From NCBI GenBank assembly GCA_913045065.1, contig CAJWPX010000001.1:1-39649 (forward strand): a stretch of 39,649 nucleotides of DNA, read 5' to 3'. The stretch comes from an uncultured Fidelibacterota bacterium (GTDB lineage: Bacteria > Fidelibacterota > Marinisomatia > Marinisomatales > Marinisomataceae). A model generated the notes under the pieces. The model was not told the origin of the DNA and ran no database searches. It was given only the letters and a program-made list of their open reading frames with translations. Shown here one piece after another: positions 25,204 through 34,383 of this stretch; the first letter of the stretch is position 1, and every line of letters begins with the position of its first letter. The position numbers and the translations under genes were made by a program.

Positions 25204-26697
25204 ATGAAAAAATATTCTTTTATTTCTATTGTAGTGTTATTAGCAATGCTTTTTGTTAGTTGTGGCACTTCTGATGGAAAACTATCAAGACAAACAGGTA
25301 CTGCTGGTGATGAAGTTGAAGCTGGTCTGTATTTGGCACATAATGTAATGTGGGATTTGGCACGAGACAAATTTGATGAAGGGATTGCAAAAGACCCAAA
25401 TTGTGTATCTTGTTATTTAAACAAGGGACATGTTGAAACTGACAGAGTGCAACGAAGAGAATTGTATGAGAAAGCATTAGAGTTATCAAGTACACAACAT
25501 CCTGAAACAAAATTAGCACGCGATGCAGTTAATTGGATAAATGGAGAAGGCGGCAGATTTGATAGTTATGAGAATTTGTATAAAAAATATCCAAATGATC
25601 CATATCTAGCAAATGGTGCAGCAAGAAGTTTAATGATAAATGATAAGTTAGATGAAGCAAGAGTATTGCTTGAGGAAGCATTCAATGCGATGCCATCTGC
25701 TGGGTTCTTATCCAACTTACTTGGTTATACTTACATGAATAATGAAGAACCAGGATCTGATGAATTTGAAAAAGCATCTGGTCATTTACGAAGATATATG
25801 CGTACAGAAAATGGCAAGGATGGTTTAGCGAACGCACTAGATTCAATGGGTGAATATTATTTAATGAAAGGCGATTTTGAAAATGCATTAGCACATTATA
25901 GAAGAGCTATAGGAGCAAACCCTAATTATAAATGGGGTCCAATCAATGTTGCAAGAACTATGAGGCAAGCAAAACGAGCTAATGGTGAAGCAAGAATTAT
26001 GCCTTCTTCTACAGAAAATCAAGATGCAAAAAATGCATTTAATGTTGGTGGATGGTATCTATACAATATCGATTGGGATAGAGCATATGAAAAATTTAGC
26101 GAAGCAATTGAATTAGATCCAAATTTTGCATTAGCATATGCAATGAGAGCCAGAACTAGTTTCTTTTTAGGGAATACAGATGATCTTGTTGATGATTTAG
26201 ATATTGCTGTGAGCATGTCATTAAATGCATCTGAAGATGAAGGATTATTAATCAATGCTTTAGCTATAGATGTTAAAGATGGTACCAGCACTTTTAACGA
26301 TTTAGTTGAAGGATTAGCTAAGAAATATTCAGATGATTCAATGCTAGCATTCGAAACTGTATTTGCCACGATGAGTGCTATTGGAGCTGATGCAGTGATT
26401 GAAAGAGCGAACGCTTTACTTGCTATGGATCCTGATTTTACTCCCGCATATAACATGTTAGGATATGCTTATATGGATAAAGGAGATTTAGAGAATGCTG
26501 GTAAAGTACTTCAAGAGCAAGTCAGGTTGGCACCAGGTCTTGCAAATCCATATGATTCTATGGGAGATTATTATCTTACGGTAGGAGATAGCGAATCAGC
26601 ATTAAAGTATTTTGAAAAATCTGCTTCCATGGGATTAACTGCTAGTACTACAAAAGCAGATAGCCTTAAAAATATTCCAGAAACAGAAGAAGAATAA
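25204..26697 (+). CDS. TPR-repeat lipoprotein
   Basis: The lipobox is LFVSCG. Multiple TPR-like units are present (ALDSMGEYYLMKGDFENALAHYRRAIGANPNY, YNMLGYAYMDKGDLENAGKVLQEQVRLAPG, YDSMGDYYLTVGDSESALKYFEKS). The SD AAAGGTGA lies upstream. Confidence 0.65.
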   Translation: MKKYSFISIVVLLAMLFVSCGTSDGKLSRQTGTAGDEVEAGLYLAHNVMWDLARDKFDEGIAKDPNCVSCYLNKGHVETDRVQRRELYEKALELSSTQHPETKLARDAVNWINGEGGRFDSYENLYKKYPNDPYLANGAARSLMINDKLDEARVLLEEAFNAMPSAGFLSNLLGYTYMNNEEPGSDEFEKASGHLRRYMRTENGKDGLANALDSMGEYYLMKGDFENALAHYRRAIGANPNYKWGPINVARTMRQAKRANGEARIMPSSTENQDAKNAFNVGGWYLYNIDWDRAYEKFSEAIELDPNFALAYAMRARTSFFLGNTDDLVDDLDIAVSMSLNASEDEGLLINALAIDVKDGTSTFNDLVEGLAKKYSDDSMLAFETVFATMSAIGADAVIERANALLAMDPDFTPAYNMLGYAYMDKGDLENAGKVLQEQVRLAPGLANPYDSMGDYYLTVGDSESALKYFEKSASMGLTASTTKADSLKNIPETEEE

Positions 26698-26713
26698 AAG
26701 AGAATAAGAAATG

Positions 26714-26737
26714 AGGCGGCAACATTGCCGCCTTTTT
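26714..26737. terminator. bidirectional rho-independent terminator between convergent genes
   Basis: The GC hairpin AGGCGGCAA-ca-TTGCCGCCT is followed by T5 on the + strand and preceded by an A-rich tract that serves the - strand. Confidence 0.8.
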
Positions 26738-27220
26738 CTATCTAAATAAAAATTTTCCAAACCACCTTGCAAGCCAAAGCTGAAATCGCATAGATCGTGG
26801 CATATCATAACATGTTATTAATCGAGTATCTCTCAAGCCTGCTTCACGATGTTGTATAGCTTCTTTGTACCAGTCGAAATTAACCATTTCGACAAACTTA
26901 TCTAGATTAGGATACATTACAATTCCAACATCATCCCATTCATGCAAATCTGGACCAATCATTGTTAATCGTACTTTGGAATACCATAAGAATCTTCCAC
27001 CGACTTTAGTAACTGCTTTCATAGCAACTTTTGCATATTTTTTATAAGCTTCTTCACCTGATATAGTGTTTAAACTTTCATCTTCATATTTTGCGGTTTT
27101 ATGATAGGATAAAAGATTAACCTGTATGAGAGGTTTCCCATCATTATGATTTTTTCTCGCCTCTTCCATAGCTTCTTCACTTGGAAAAAGAAATGCATTA
27201 TCTGGATTTGTATAGAGCAT
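26738..27220 (-). CDS. DUF1330-like (dimeric alpha/beta-barrel) protein
   Basis: 160-aa ORF isolated on the - strand. The central IQVNLLSY...EAYKKYAKVAMKAVTKVGGRFLW...WDDVGIVMYP resembles DUF1330 family proteins, which is only a recollection. Confidence 0.45.
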   Translation of the reverse strand: MLYTNPDNAFLFPSEEAMEEARKNHNDGKPLIQVNLLSYHKTAKYEDESLNTISGEEAYKKYAKVAMKAVTKVGGRFLWYSKVRLTMIGPDLHEWDDVGIVMYPNLDKFVEMVNFDWYKEAIQHREAGLRDTRLITCYDMPRSMRFQLWLARWFGKFLFR

Positions 27221-27327
27221 TATTTACCACCTTGTTGTTATGTTTGTTTAATTTATTTGAATCTTTTATTATTTATCATTATAAAATTTAAAACTTTTGT
27301 TAAATTGTCGAAAGTAAAAGGATTCAA

Positions 27328-28908
27328 TTGAGTAAAAATTACCAGATTTTAGCGCTAAAATGGCGACCAAAACACTTTGAGGAAGTTGTAGGGCAAGACC
27401 ATATTACAAAAACTTTAATCAAAGCCTTTGAGAAAAATCGTATTGCACAAGCTTTCTTGTTTGCCGGACCGAGAGGCGTTGGTAAAACTACAGCAGCAAG
27501 ATTGCTTGCAATGTGTTTAAATGGATCAGATAAACCATCTATTAAATATGATATCGAATCGGATGTTATTAAACAGATTATTGAAGGAAGATCCATGGAC
27601 GTTATTGAGATAGATGGTGCCTCAAATCGAGGAATTGATGAAATAAGAGAATTACGAGAAAATATTAAGTTTGCACCCCTAGAAGGAAAGTTTAAGGTGG
27701 TGATTATTGATGAAGTACATATGTTAACTACACAAGCTTTTAATGCGCTTTTAAAAACACTTGAAGAACCACCACCACATGTCAAATTTGTTATGGCTAC
27801 TACAGATGTTCATAAGGTACCACAAACTATTATTTCTCGTTGCCAACGCTTTGATTTTTTACCAATTACTAATGAAGTAATTAAAGAAAGATTAAAACAT
27901 ATTTTAAAAGTGGAATCTGTTAAGATTGATGATTCTTCATTGGATTTAATTGCATCAAAATCTGATGGCAGCATGAGAGATGCTTTAGGGTTTTTGGATC
28001 AGATTCTGGTGTTTAGCGATAAAAAAATTACAGACAAGATAGTTATTGATTTATTAGGGGTAATTCCAACAACAGTTTATTTTGATATTACTAATGCGTT
28101 ACATGATAAGAATGGAGAAGAATTAGTAGACACTCTTCGCCATGTAAAAGAGAAAGGATATATTGTTGAAGATTTAATCAAAGGGTTAATTACTCATATG
28201 CGCAATTTGACTCTGATGCACTATAAGAATGGATTAGATTTAATGGGGTTGTCTCCGGAACTAAAAAAACTCTATAAAAAAAATAAATATGATTGGTCTT
28301 TAAAAGATTTGGTGCGTATTTCCAATAGTTTATCAGAATTATACGCATCTATTAAACGTTTTTCCGACCAAACATTGATATTTGAAATGACATTAATGAA
28401 ATTCCTTCAATTTGATAAAAGTGTTGATATTGAGAAATTCTTACAGTCAGATGTTCCACAAGAAGATTCTTCTATTCCAGAACCTAAAAAGACCAATAGT
28501 GTGCCAAAAAAAACAGTAAAAAAAACAGTAAAAGAAACAGTAAAAAAAACAGTTAAAAAAACATCAGAAGTAACTATCGATCAAGTGAAAGATTCTTGGG
28601 ATAAAATTTTAGGTAAAATATCAGAAGAAAGAGGAACAATCCATGCACTATTAAGTGATTATATTATTAAGGAAATGAATGGTAATAATCTTGAATTAAT
28701 CTCTTATGATAGCAATAAATTTAACCAAAAATTAATGAATGATAATTTAGGTTTTGTTAAAGACTCTATTAATGGAGTACTCAATACTTCTATAGGGGTA
28801 AAAATTATAGTAGATACAAAAGTTGAAAAAATTGAAGAAGAATCAAAGAATGATTCAGTTAATCAAAATGATGTGGTTGAATTATTTCAAGGAAAGGATA
28901 CAATGTAA
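27328..28908 (+). CDS. dnaX: DNA polymerase III subunits gamma/tau
   Basis: LALKWRPKHFEEVVGQDHI, Walker A GPRGVGKTT, Walker B VVIIDEVHML and sensor SRCQRF are present. The TTG start lies 5 nt after AAAAGGA. It is followed by ybaB-recR, as in many bacteria. Confidence 0.9.
   Translation: MSKNYQILALKWRPKHFEEVVGQDHITKTLIKAFEKNRIAQAFLFAGPRGVGKTTAARLLAMCLNGSDKPSIKYDIESDVIKQIIEGRSMDVIEIDGASNRGIDEIRELRENIKFAPLEGKFKVVIIDEVHMLTTQAFNALLKTLEEPPPHVKFVMATTDVHKVPQTIISRCQRFDFLPITNEVIKERLKHILKVESVKIDDSSLDLIASKSDGSMRDALGFLDQILVFSDKKITDKIVIDLLGVIPTTVYFDITNALHDKNGEELVDTLRHVKEKGYIVEDLIKGLITHMRNLTLMHYKNGLDLMGLSPELKKLYKKNKYDWSLKDLVRISNSLSELYASIKRFSDQTLIFEMTLMKFLQFDKSVDIEKFLQSDVPQEDSSIPEPKKTNSVPKKTVKKTVKETVKKTVKKTSEVTIDQVKDSWDKILGKISEERGTIHALLSDYIIKEMNGNNLELISYDSNKFNQKLMNDNLGFVKDSINGVLNTSIGVKIIVDTKVEKIEEESKNDSVNQNDVVELFQGKDTM
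28506..28563 (+). repeat. 12-nt tandem repeat (AAAAAAAACAGT x ~4.8) encoding (KKTV)n and carrying three A8 runs and one A7 run
   Basis: Read directly: units start at 28506, 28518, 28530 (one A>G) and 28542, with a partial unit at 28554. Confidence 0.9.
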
Positions 28909-29222
28909 TGTTTGGCAACATGAAAGAAATGCTTAAGCAAGCACAAAACATGAAATCTCAAATGAATGAGATAAAAAAAGAATTAGAAAAAATTGAAGTC
29001 GAAGGATCTGCCGCAAATGGTTCATGTGTCGTTAGAATGACTGCTGATATGAAAACAACCCAAGTTTCAATTGATGAAACGCTTCTTAGTGGCAATAAAG
29101 ATATTATTGAGAATGCAATTAAGGTTGCTACAAATGGAGCTTTGGATAAGGCAAAAGATACAGCCTCAAAAAGATTAAAATCAGTTACAGGTGGATTAAT
29201 GGATAATCTTCCAGGTTTTTAA
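28908..29222 (+). CDS. ybaB: YbaB/EbfC-family nucleoid-associated protein
   Basis: 104 aa. MLKQAQNMKSQMNEIKKELEKIEVEGSAANGSCVVRMTADMKTTQVSID is typical of the family. The position between dnaX and recR is conserved. Confidence 0.85.
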   Translation: MFGNMKEMLKQAQNMKSQMNEIKKELEKIEVEGSAANGSCVVRMTADMKTTQVSIDETLLSGNKDIIENAIKVATNGALDKAKDTASKRLKSVTGGLMDNLPGF

Positions 29223-29821
29223 TGAGTAATATTGCAACATATATTGATCAATTAATAGAAGCTCTAACCAAACTTCCCGGTATTGGAAGAAAAGGAGCAG
29301 AACGCATTGCATACTTTATTATTCATTCCGATGATAAAACTGCAGAGGATATAGTATCTTCATTAGAAGATATCGGTGATAAACTGGAGACCTGTGAAAA
29401 TTGTGGGATGATTTTTCTTAAAAAAGATGAAGAATGTAGTTGTAGCTCCGCTAGCAATACAAAACATATCTGTGTCGTTGAAAATATTGAAGATGCAATT
29501 AAAATTCAAAACACCCATAGTTATGATGGATTATACCATGTGTTGGGTGGAGCAATCTCTCCTTTGGATGGTATTGGCCCATCAGAACTTTCTTTTGATA
29601 AACTTCTAGGCCGAATTGGTAATGGGGTAGAAGAGGTTATTATTGCGACAAATCCAAGCACATCAGGGAATGCAACCGCAATGTATCTTCAAAAAATTTT
29701 AAAAGAACATAGTATCACAGTATCGCGTCTTGCAATTGGTTTACCAGTGGGAAGCAATCTTGAATACATTGATGATAAGACGGTTGCAACGGCGATTAAA
29801 GAAAGAGTAGAATTAAATTGA
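29222..29821 (+). CDS. recR: recombination protein RecR
   Basis: The N-terminal HhH LPGIGRKGAERIAY, the Cys4 finger CENCG...CSCSS and the Toprim region CVVENIEDAIKIQNTHSYDGLYHVLGG are present. Confidence 0.9.
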   Translation: MSNIATYIDQLIEALTKLPGIGRKGAERIAYFIIHSDDKTAEDIVSSLEDIGDKLETCENCGMIFLKKDEECSCSSASNTKHICVVENIEDAIKIQNTHSYDGLYHVLGGAISPLDGIGPSELSFDKLLGRIGNGVEEVIIATNPSTSGNATAMYLQKILKEHSITVSRLAIGLPVGSNLEYIDDKTVATAIKERVELN

Positions 29822-30372
29822 GCATTGCTGATTTTTTTACCTTTTCTAGAATTTTAGTCACTCCCTTTGTTGTCTATTTTATCTTTGTTAATAATTTTGT
29901 CATTGCATCTATTCTTTTTATCTACTGTAGCATTAGTGATCTTCTTGATGGTTATCTTGCAAGAAAATATGATTTGGTAAATGAGAGAGGCAATTTCCTT
30001 GATCCTTTGGCAGATAAAATTTTAATGACTGGAGTACTAACTGTATTTCTATATCAGGGGGTAATAGCAGTATGGGCATATAGTATTATTATCGGACGGG
30101 ATGTTTTAATCACATTCTATCGTCAATATCTACGCAATAAAAATCGACCGTTGGTTACTTCAAAATATGGAAAGTTCAAAACAGTATTTCAACATCTTGC
30201 TGTAATTTTTATCTTGGTTGCACTTCCAGATCCTGCCACTCCAAATTTGGTAGTACAATTTTCTTCTGGACTTCAAATCTATTACCAAGAATCTATTAAT
30301 TTGATAATAGGATTGAATGCAATATATGCGGGAGCAACAGGTATGCATTATATGGTGAAAAATGGATTTTAA
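29818..30372 (+). CDS. pgsA: CDP-diacylglycerol--glycerol-3-phosphate 3-phosphatidyltransferase
   Basis: The CDP-alcohol phosphotransferase motif DLLDGYLARKYDLVNERGNFLDPLADK is present in a polytopic protein. The start codon is TTG. Confidence 0.85.
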   Translation: MSIADFFTFSRILVTPFVVYFIFVNNFVIASILFIYCSISDLLDGYLARKYDLVNERGNFLDPLADKILMTGVLTVFLYQGVIAVWAYSIIIGRDVLITFYRQYLRNKNRPLVTSKYGKFKTVFQHLAVIFILVALPDPATPNLVVQFSSGLQIYYQESINLIIGLNAIYAGATGMHYMVKNGF

Positions 30373-30919
30373 AAAGAATGGAATGTATCAACTTGCAACC
30401 CTTTTTGGGTTGGGCAGACTGCCAGGTGGTGGAACATGGGCTTCTTTAGTTGTTTTATTGACAGCTATTCTGGCCAAAGATCCATTTAATCCATTGTTCT
30501 TTTTTGGAATATTTACGATGTTGTTAGCATCTGCTATATATGAAAGCTCACTCCCTTTTTTTACATCTAAAGATCCAAAGGAATTTGTATTAGATGAAGT
30601 CCTTGGAATGGCTCTTGCTCTTATGATAGTATGGATGTTTTCTGATATCTTTGGAGGTTTTTCTTTTAATCTTCCAGACTATATCAATAATCAAGAATTA
30701 TTATTTGTGATAACATTTATACTGTTTCGATTCTTTGACATTAGCAAAATTGGTCCTGTAGGTTGGATCGAAGACCCAACAACTGCTCCTTTGTGGTGGC
30801 AAAAGTCAGATACCACCGATGATACGTATATGAGAGTTATAGGCGATGATTTGATGGCAGCATTTCTAAGTTCTGGTATCGTCATTATTATGTTAAGTAT
30901 TTATTTATGGGTTCTGTAA
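30362..30919 (+). CDS. pgpA: phosphatidylglycerophosphatase A
   Basis: LFGLGRLPGGGTWASL near the N-terminus and DEVLGM...FRFFDISK are typical of PgpA. It encodes the step after PgsA. Confidence 0.8.
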   Translation: MDFKKNGMYQLATLFGLGRLPGGGTWASLVVLLTAILAKDPFNPLFFFGIFTMLLASAIYESSLPFFTSKDPKEFVLDEVLGMALALMIVWMFSDIFGGFSFNLPDYINNQELLFVITFILFRFFDISKIGPVGWIEDPTTAPLWWQKSDTTDDTYMRVIGDDLMAAFLSSGIVIIMLSIYLWVL

Positions 30920-32139
30920 TGAAGATTGGGATCATTGCTATTGGAAATGAATTATTAAGCGGATTTACCATTGATCGTAATTCTGCCTGGATTGGTCAAC
31001 GATTATTAGAAATTGGGCTCAAAGTCCATGTTAAAAAAACTATTGCAGATGATGCTGATATGATTACTAAATCTCTTGATGAATTTTCACAGGACTGTGA
31101 TCATATTATTATAACAGGAGGACTAGGTCCAACCCTTGATGATATTACTGTAAAAACGTTGTATGAGTATTTTGGAGATAACCCTGTTTTTGATGAAGAA
31201 TATTGGAAAGAATTAGAGAAACGTTTTAAAGCAATTAATATGAAAGTTCCAACCCTAAATCGTAACCAAGCGCATACAGGGGATAAGGTCAAAATGATTG
31301 ATAATTCTTTTGGTACCGCAAGAGGAATGCATTTTGAAAAAGATGGATCCAATTATTTTGCCTTGCCTGGCGTACCAAAAGAAATGGAAGGAATGATATT
31401 AAGTTATATTTTGCCCCATTTAGAAGAGAAATTAACATCAAAAGTACATTGTGAGACTATTCGTACCACGGGACTTCCTGAATCAATCTTACAGGAAAAG
31501 ATTGTTGATTTAATTGAATCAAATAAGAATTGTGATGTTGCCTTTTTGCCGCATCGCATGTTGGGAGTTGATATTAGGTTGACAACAAGCGATCATAAGT
31601 CGCTTTTAGATTTAAAAGATCAAATCGTAAATCGAATTAGTAAATATGTTTATGGATTTAATAATGATACAATTGAAGCAATAGTTGCAGACAAATTAAA
31701 AGAACAAAATTTGACGGTTGCAACTGCAGAATCATGTACTGCTGGAATGTTGAGTGCAAAACTAACAAATTTATCAGGGAGTTCTCAATATTTTAATGGA
31801 GGCGTAGTGTGTTATAGTAACGCTCTAAAAAGAGACATTGTGGGAGTAGATGGTGATTTATTGGACAAATATGGTGCAGTTAGTGAAGAAGTAGCGTCAG
31901 AACTTGCATCTAAGATTGCAACGAAATTAAAGAGCGATATTGGGATCGGTATTACTGGGATAGCGGGGCCAAAAGGAGGAACTGAAAAAAAACCAGTTGG
32001 CTTAACATTTGTTGGAATATTTTATAAAAATAATGTCTATATTAAACAGTATAATTTGACACCAAATCGTAAAATTAATCGACAACTTACTGTGGTGTTA
32101 TGTTTAAATGAACTAAGAAAACTTTTGGAAAAGAATTGA
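30919..32139 (+). CDS. cinA: CinA-family protein (MoCF-like N-domain plus nicotinamide-nucleotide amidohydrolase PncC domain)
   Basis: MKIGIIAIGNELLSGFTIDRNSAWIG, ITGGLGPTLDD and the C-domain ATAESCTAGMLSAKLT...GITGIAGP are present. I chose the ATG at 30919 (TAATG overlap with pgpA) over the track start at 30907. The pgsA-cinA-recA order is known from Bacillus. Confidence 0.85.
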   Translation: MKIGIIAIGNELLSGFTIDRNSAWIGQRLLEIGLKVHVKKTIADDADMITKSLDEFSQDCDHIIITGGLGPTLDDITVKTLYEYFGDNPVFDEEYWKELEKRFKAINMKVPTLNRNQAHTGDKVKMIDNSFGTARGMHFEKDGSNYFALPGVPKEMEGMILSYILPHLEEKLTSKVHCETIRTTGLPESILQEKIVDLIESNKNCDVAFLPHRMLGVDIRLTTSDHKSLLDLKDQIVNRISKYVYGFNNDTIEAIVADKLKEQNLTVATAESCTAGMLSAKLTNLSGSSQYFNGGVVCYSNALKRDIVGVDGDLLDKYGAVSEEVASELASKIATKLKSDIGIGITGIAGPKGGTEKKPVGLTFVGIFYKNNVYIKQYNLTPNRKINRQLTVVLCLNELRKLLEKN

Positions 32140-32160
32140 AATATAAGGGAATGAATTAAG

Positions 32161-33153
32161 ATGTCAGATAAGAAGAAACATAAAGCAATTGAAACAGTAG
32201 AACAACAAATTATTAAAGAGTATGGTGCAGGTTCTATTATGCGATTGGGTGCAGATACTAAATTAGCAGTTGATACAATTTCAACTGGATCTCTTTCATT
32301 AGATATGGCATTAGGTATAGGTGGACTTCCAAGAGGAAAGGTGATTGAAGTTTTTGGACCTGAATCATCTGGAAAAACAACCTTAGCGCTACATGTGATA
32401 GCAGAATGCCAAAAAATTGGAGGACATGCTGCATTTATTGATGCTGAAAATGCATTAGACCCTATCTATGCAAAAAATTTAGGATGCAATACGGATGACT
32501 TACTTGTTTCTCAACCAGATTCAGGGGAACAAGCACTAGATATTTTAGAGAAATTAGTACAAACTGCAGCTTTAGGTGTTGTGGTTATAGATTCTGTTGC
32601 TGCATTGGTTCCAAGGAAAGAACTAGAAGGTCAAATTGGGGATGTCACTGTGGGGTTACAGGCACGATTGATGTCTCAGGCATTGCGAAAATTATCTGGG
32701 CCAATTGCCAAATCAAATACCTGTGTTATCTTTATTAATCAAATAAGAGAAAAGATTGGAGTAATGTTTGGAAGCCCTGAAACAACTCCTGGTGGCAGAG
32801 CTTTAAAATTTTACGCATCTGTTCGATTAGATATTCGTAGAATTGCTGCAATCAAAGCTGGAACCGATATGATCGGGAATAGAACACGAGTAAAAGTGGT
32901 AAAGAACAAGGTCGCTCCACCATTTAAAAAGACTGAATTTGACATTATGTATGGAAAAGGAATATCTTATAGCGGAGACATATTGGATATTGCTTTAGAA
33001 GCAGGCATTATTAACAAGATGGGTTCATGGTTTTCTTACAAAGAAGAAAAATTGGCACAAGGAAGAGAAAAAGTTAGATTGTTACTAGAAAATGATGCAA
33101 AGCTTATGAAGAGTGTTGTTTCTGATGTCAAAAAATATTTAGATCTTAAATAA
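32161..33153 (+). CDS. recA: recombinase RecA
   Basis: [13 protein letters not shown] (Walker A), [12 protein letters not shown] (Walker B), [13 protein letters not shown] and [37 protein letters not shown] are present. Confidence 0.97.
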   Translation: MSDKKKHKAIETVEQQIIKEYGAGSIMRLGADTKLAVDTISTGSLSLDMALGIGGLPRGKVIEVFGPESSGKTTLALHVIAECQKIGGHAAFIDAENALDPIYAKNLGCNTDDLLVSQPDSGEQALDILEKLVQTAALGVVVIDSVAALVPRKELEGQIGDVTVGLQARLMSQALRKLSGPIAKSNTCVIFINQIREKIGVMFGSPETTPGGRALKFYASVRLDIRRIAAIKAGTDMIGNRTRVKVVKNKVAPPFKKTEFDIMYGKGISYSGDILDIALEAGIINKMGSWFSYKEEKLAQGREKVRLLLENDAKLMKSVVSDVKKYLDLK

Positions 33154-33189
33154 TTAGCATTATTTTTTAGATAAAAATAGAGGTTATCA

Positions 33190-34371
33190 TTGCAAAGAAA
33201 TATATTATTATTAAGTATTATTTTTCTTTGGACATGTAGTTCACCAACCAAAAGTGAACTATCTCAACCACCACCCACTTTAAACGACCTCAGTATTACC
33301 ACTAGTGAAGATACCCCTGTTGATATTACCTTACAAAAATATAGAATAGACGGGAAGATCTTAACCTACACGATTGTAACTGATGCTACAATAGGAACAA
33401 CAAGCATAAATAATAATATTATCACCTATACACCATTAGCAAATCATAATGGAACCGATACTTTTGGATATAAAGCAAATGATGGCACTAATGATAGTAA
33501 TACATCAACCGCAATGATTACGATTAATGCCGTCAACGATGCTCCCACAGTAGATAATATGAATGATTTATCCATAACTATTAATCAATCAATGGATGTG
33601 ATTTTAGCTGGTTCAGATGTAGAAAATGATAATCTAACATTTAGTATTGTCGATAATCCAAACAAGGGTACCGTTTCAATATCAGGGAATGTAGCACATT
33701 TTTTTGCAACTAATCTCGGAGCAGATACCTTTACTTATAAAGCAAACGATGGTATGGCTGATAGCAATAAAGCTACAGTTTTTATCGAAGTAAACTCTTC
33801 TAATACTAATCCAGGTGACGATACAATTTATGGTACTGCAAATGCAGACACATTATATGCTGGATCAGGCGATGATGTTTTATATGGTCTTGATGGAGAA
33901 GATGTTCTATATGGAGAAGCTGGAAATGACATTATTGATGGAGGAGCTCAAGGAGATAAGCTATATGGTGGGGATGGCAATGATATTTTATATGGTTCCG
34001 ATAACTTTGATGAGTTATATGGCGAAGATGGCGATGATATCATTGATGGTGGCGATGGTAAAGATAGGCTATATGGAGGAAACGGCAACGATATTTTCAT
34101 AGGACGCCCAGGTGATGGTTCAGATGGTTTTCTTACTACAAACGTTCTTTACGATTTTGAAGATGGAGTTGATAAGATTCGCTTAGAAGGCGGTTTAAAT
34201 TTCTCTAATCTTTCTATTACACAAGGCACTAAAGGTTCAGTTACTGTGGCAGGATATACTTTTCATTACGATTTCAGGAATCATACTTTAGTAAAAGCTG
34301 GTAGCGAATATTTATTTACGATAACTGACACCCAGCATAACACCCTTACATCAGAAGATTTTATTTACTAA
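33190..34371 (+). CDS. secreted calcium-binding protein with two cadherin/VCBS-like repeats followed by RTX nonapeptide repeats
   Basis: There is an N-terminal signal with a possible atypical lipobox (FLWTC). Two units end in YKANDG..DSN...I.(I/V)N..NDAP/N. They are followed by about 9 GGxGxD-type repeats (LYGGDGNDILYG, IDGGDGKDRLYGGNGND). The start codon is TTG. Confidence 0.75.
   Translation: MQRNILLLSIIFLWTCSSPTKSELSQPPPTLNDLSITTSEDTPVDITLQKYRIDGKILTYTIVTDATIGTTSINNNIITYTPLANHNGTDTFGYKANDGTNDSNTSTAMITINAVNDAPTVDNMNDLSITINQSMDVILAGSDVENDNLTFSIVDNPNKGTVSISGNVAHFFATNLGADTFTYKANDGMADSNKATVFIEVNSSNTNPGDDTIYGTANADTLYAGSGDDVLYGLDGEDVLYGEAGNDIIDGGAQGDKLYGGDGNDILYGSDNFDELYGEDGDDIIDGGDGKDRLYGGNGNDIFIGRPGDGSDGFLTTNVLYDFEDGVDKIRLEGGLNFSNLSITQGTKGSVTVAGYTFHYDFRNHTLVKAGSEYLFTITDTQHNTLTSEDFIY
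33814..34104 (+). repeat. 27-nt-periodic RTX nonapeptide repeat region inside the CDS
   Basis: GAT-GAT/GAA-GAT...TAT-GG units recur every 9 codons. This periodicity generates the spurious Met-rich ORF 33815..34102 in another frame. Confidence 0.8.
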
Positions 34372-34383
34372 AAACAGAACGAA

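Noticed and set aside
27221-27327. I looked for an SRP (4.5S) RNA gene upstream of dnaX, as found in some Firmicutes, and for riboswitches ahead of lat and the AGCS symporter
   Set aside because: The region is extremely AT-rich and has no conserved SRP domain IV-like GC helices. The leaders of lat (4 nt) and the symporter (about 60 nt, AT-only) are too short or unstructured for a riboswitch.
33815-34102. Met-rich 95-aa ORF (MTIQFMVLQMQTHYM...) overlapping the RTX repeat region
   Set aside because: It is a frame artefact. The periodic GAT-GAT...TAT-GG repeats read in +1 give ATG-rich codons, and the RTX frame has the canonical GGxGxD pattern.
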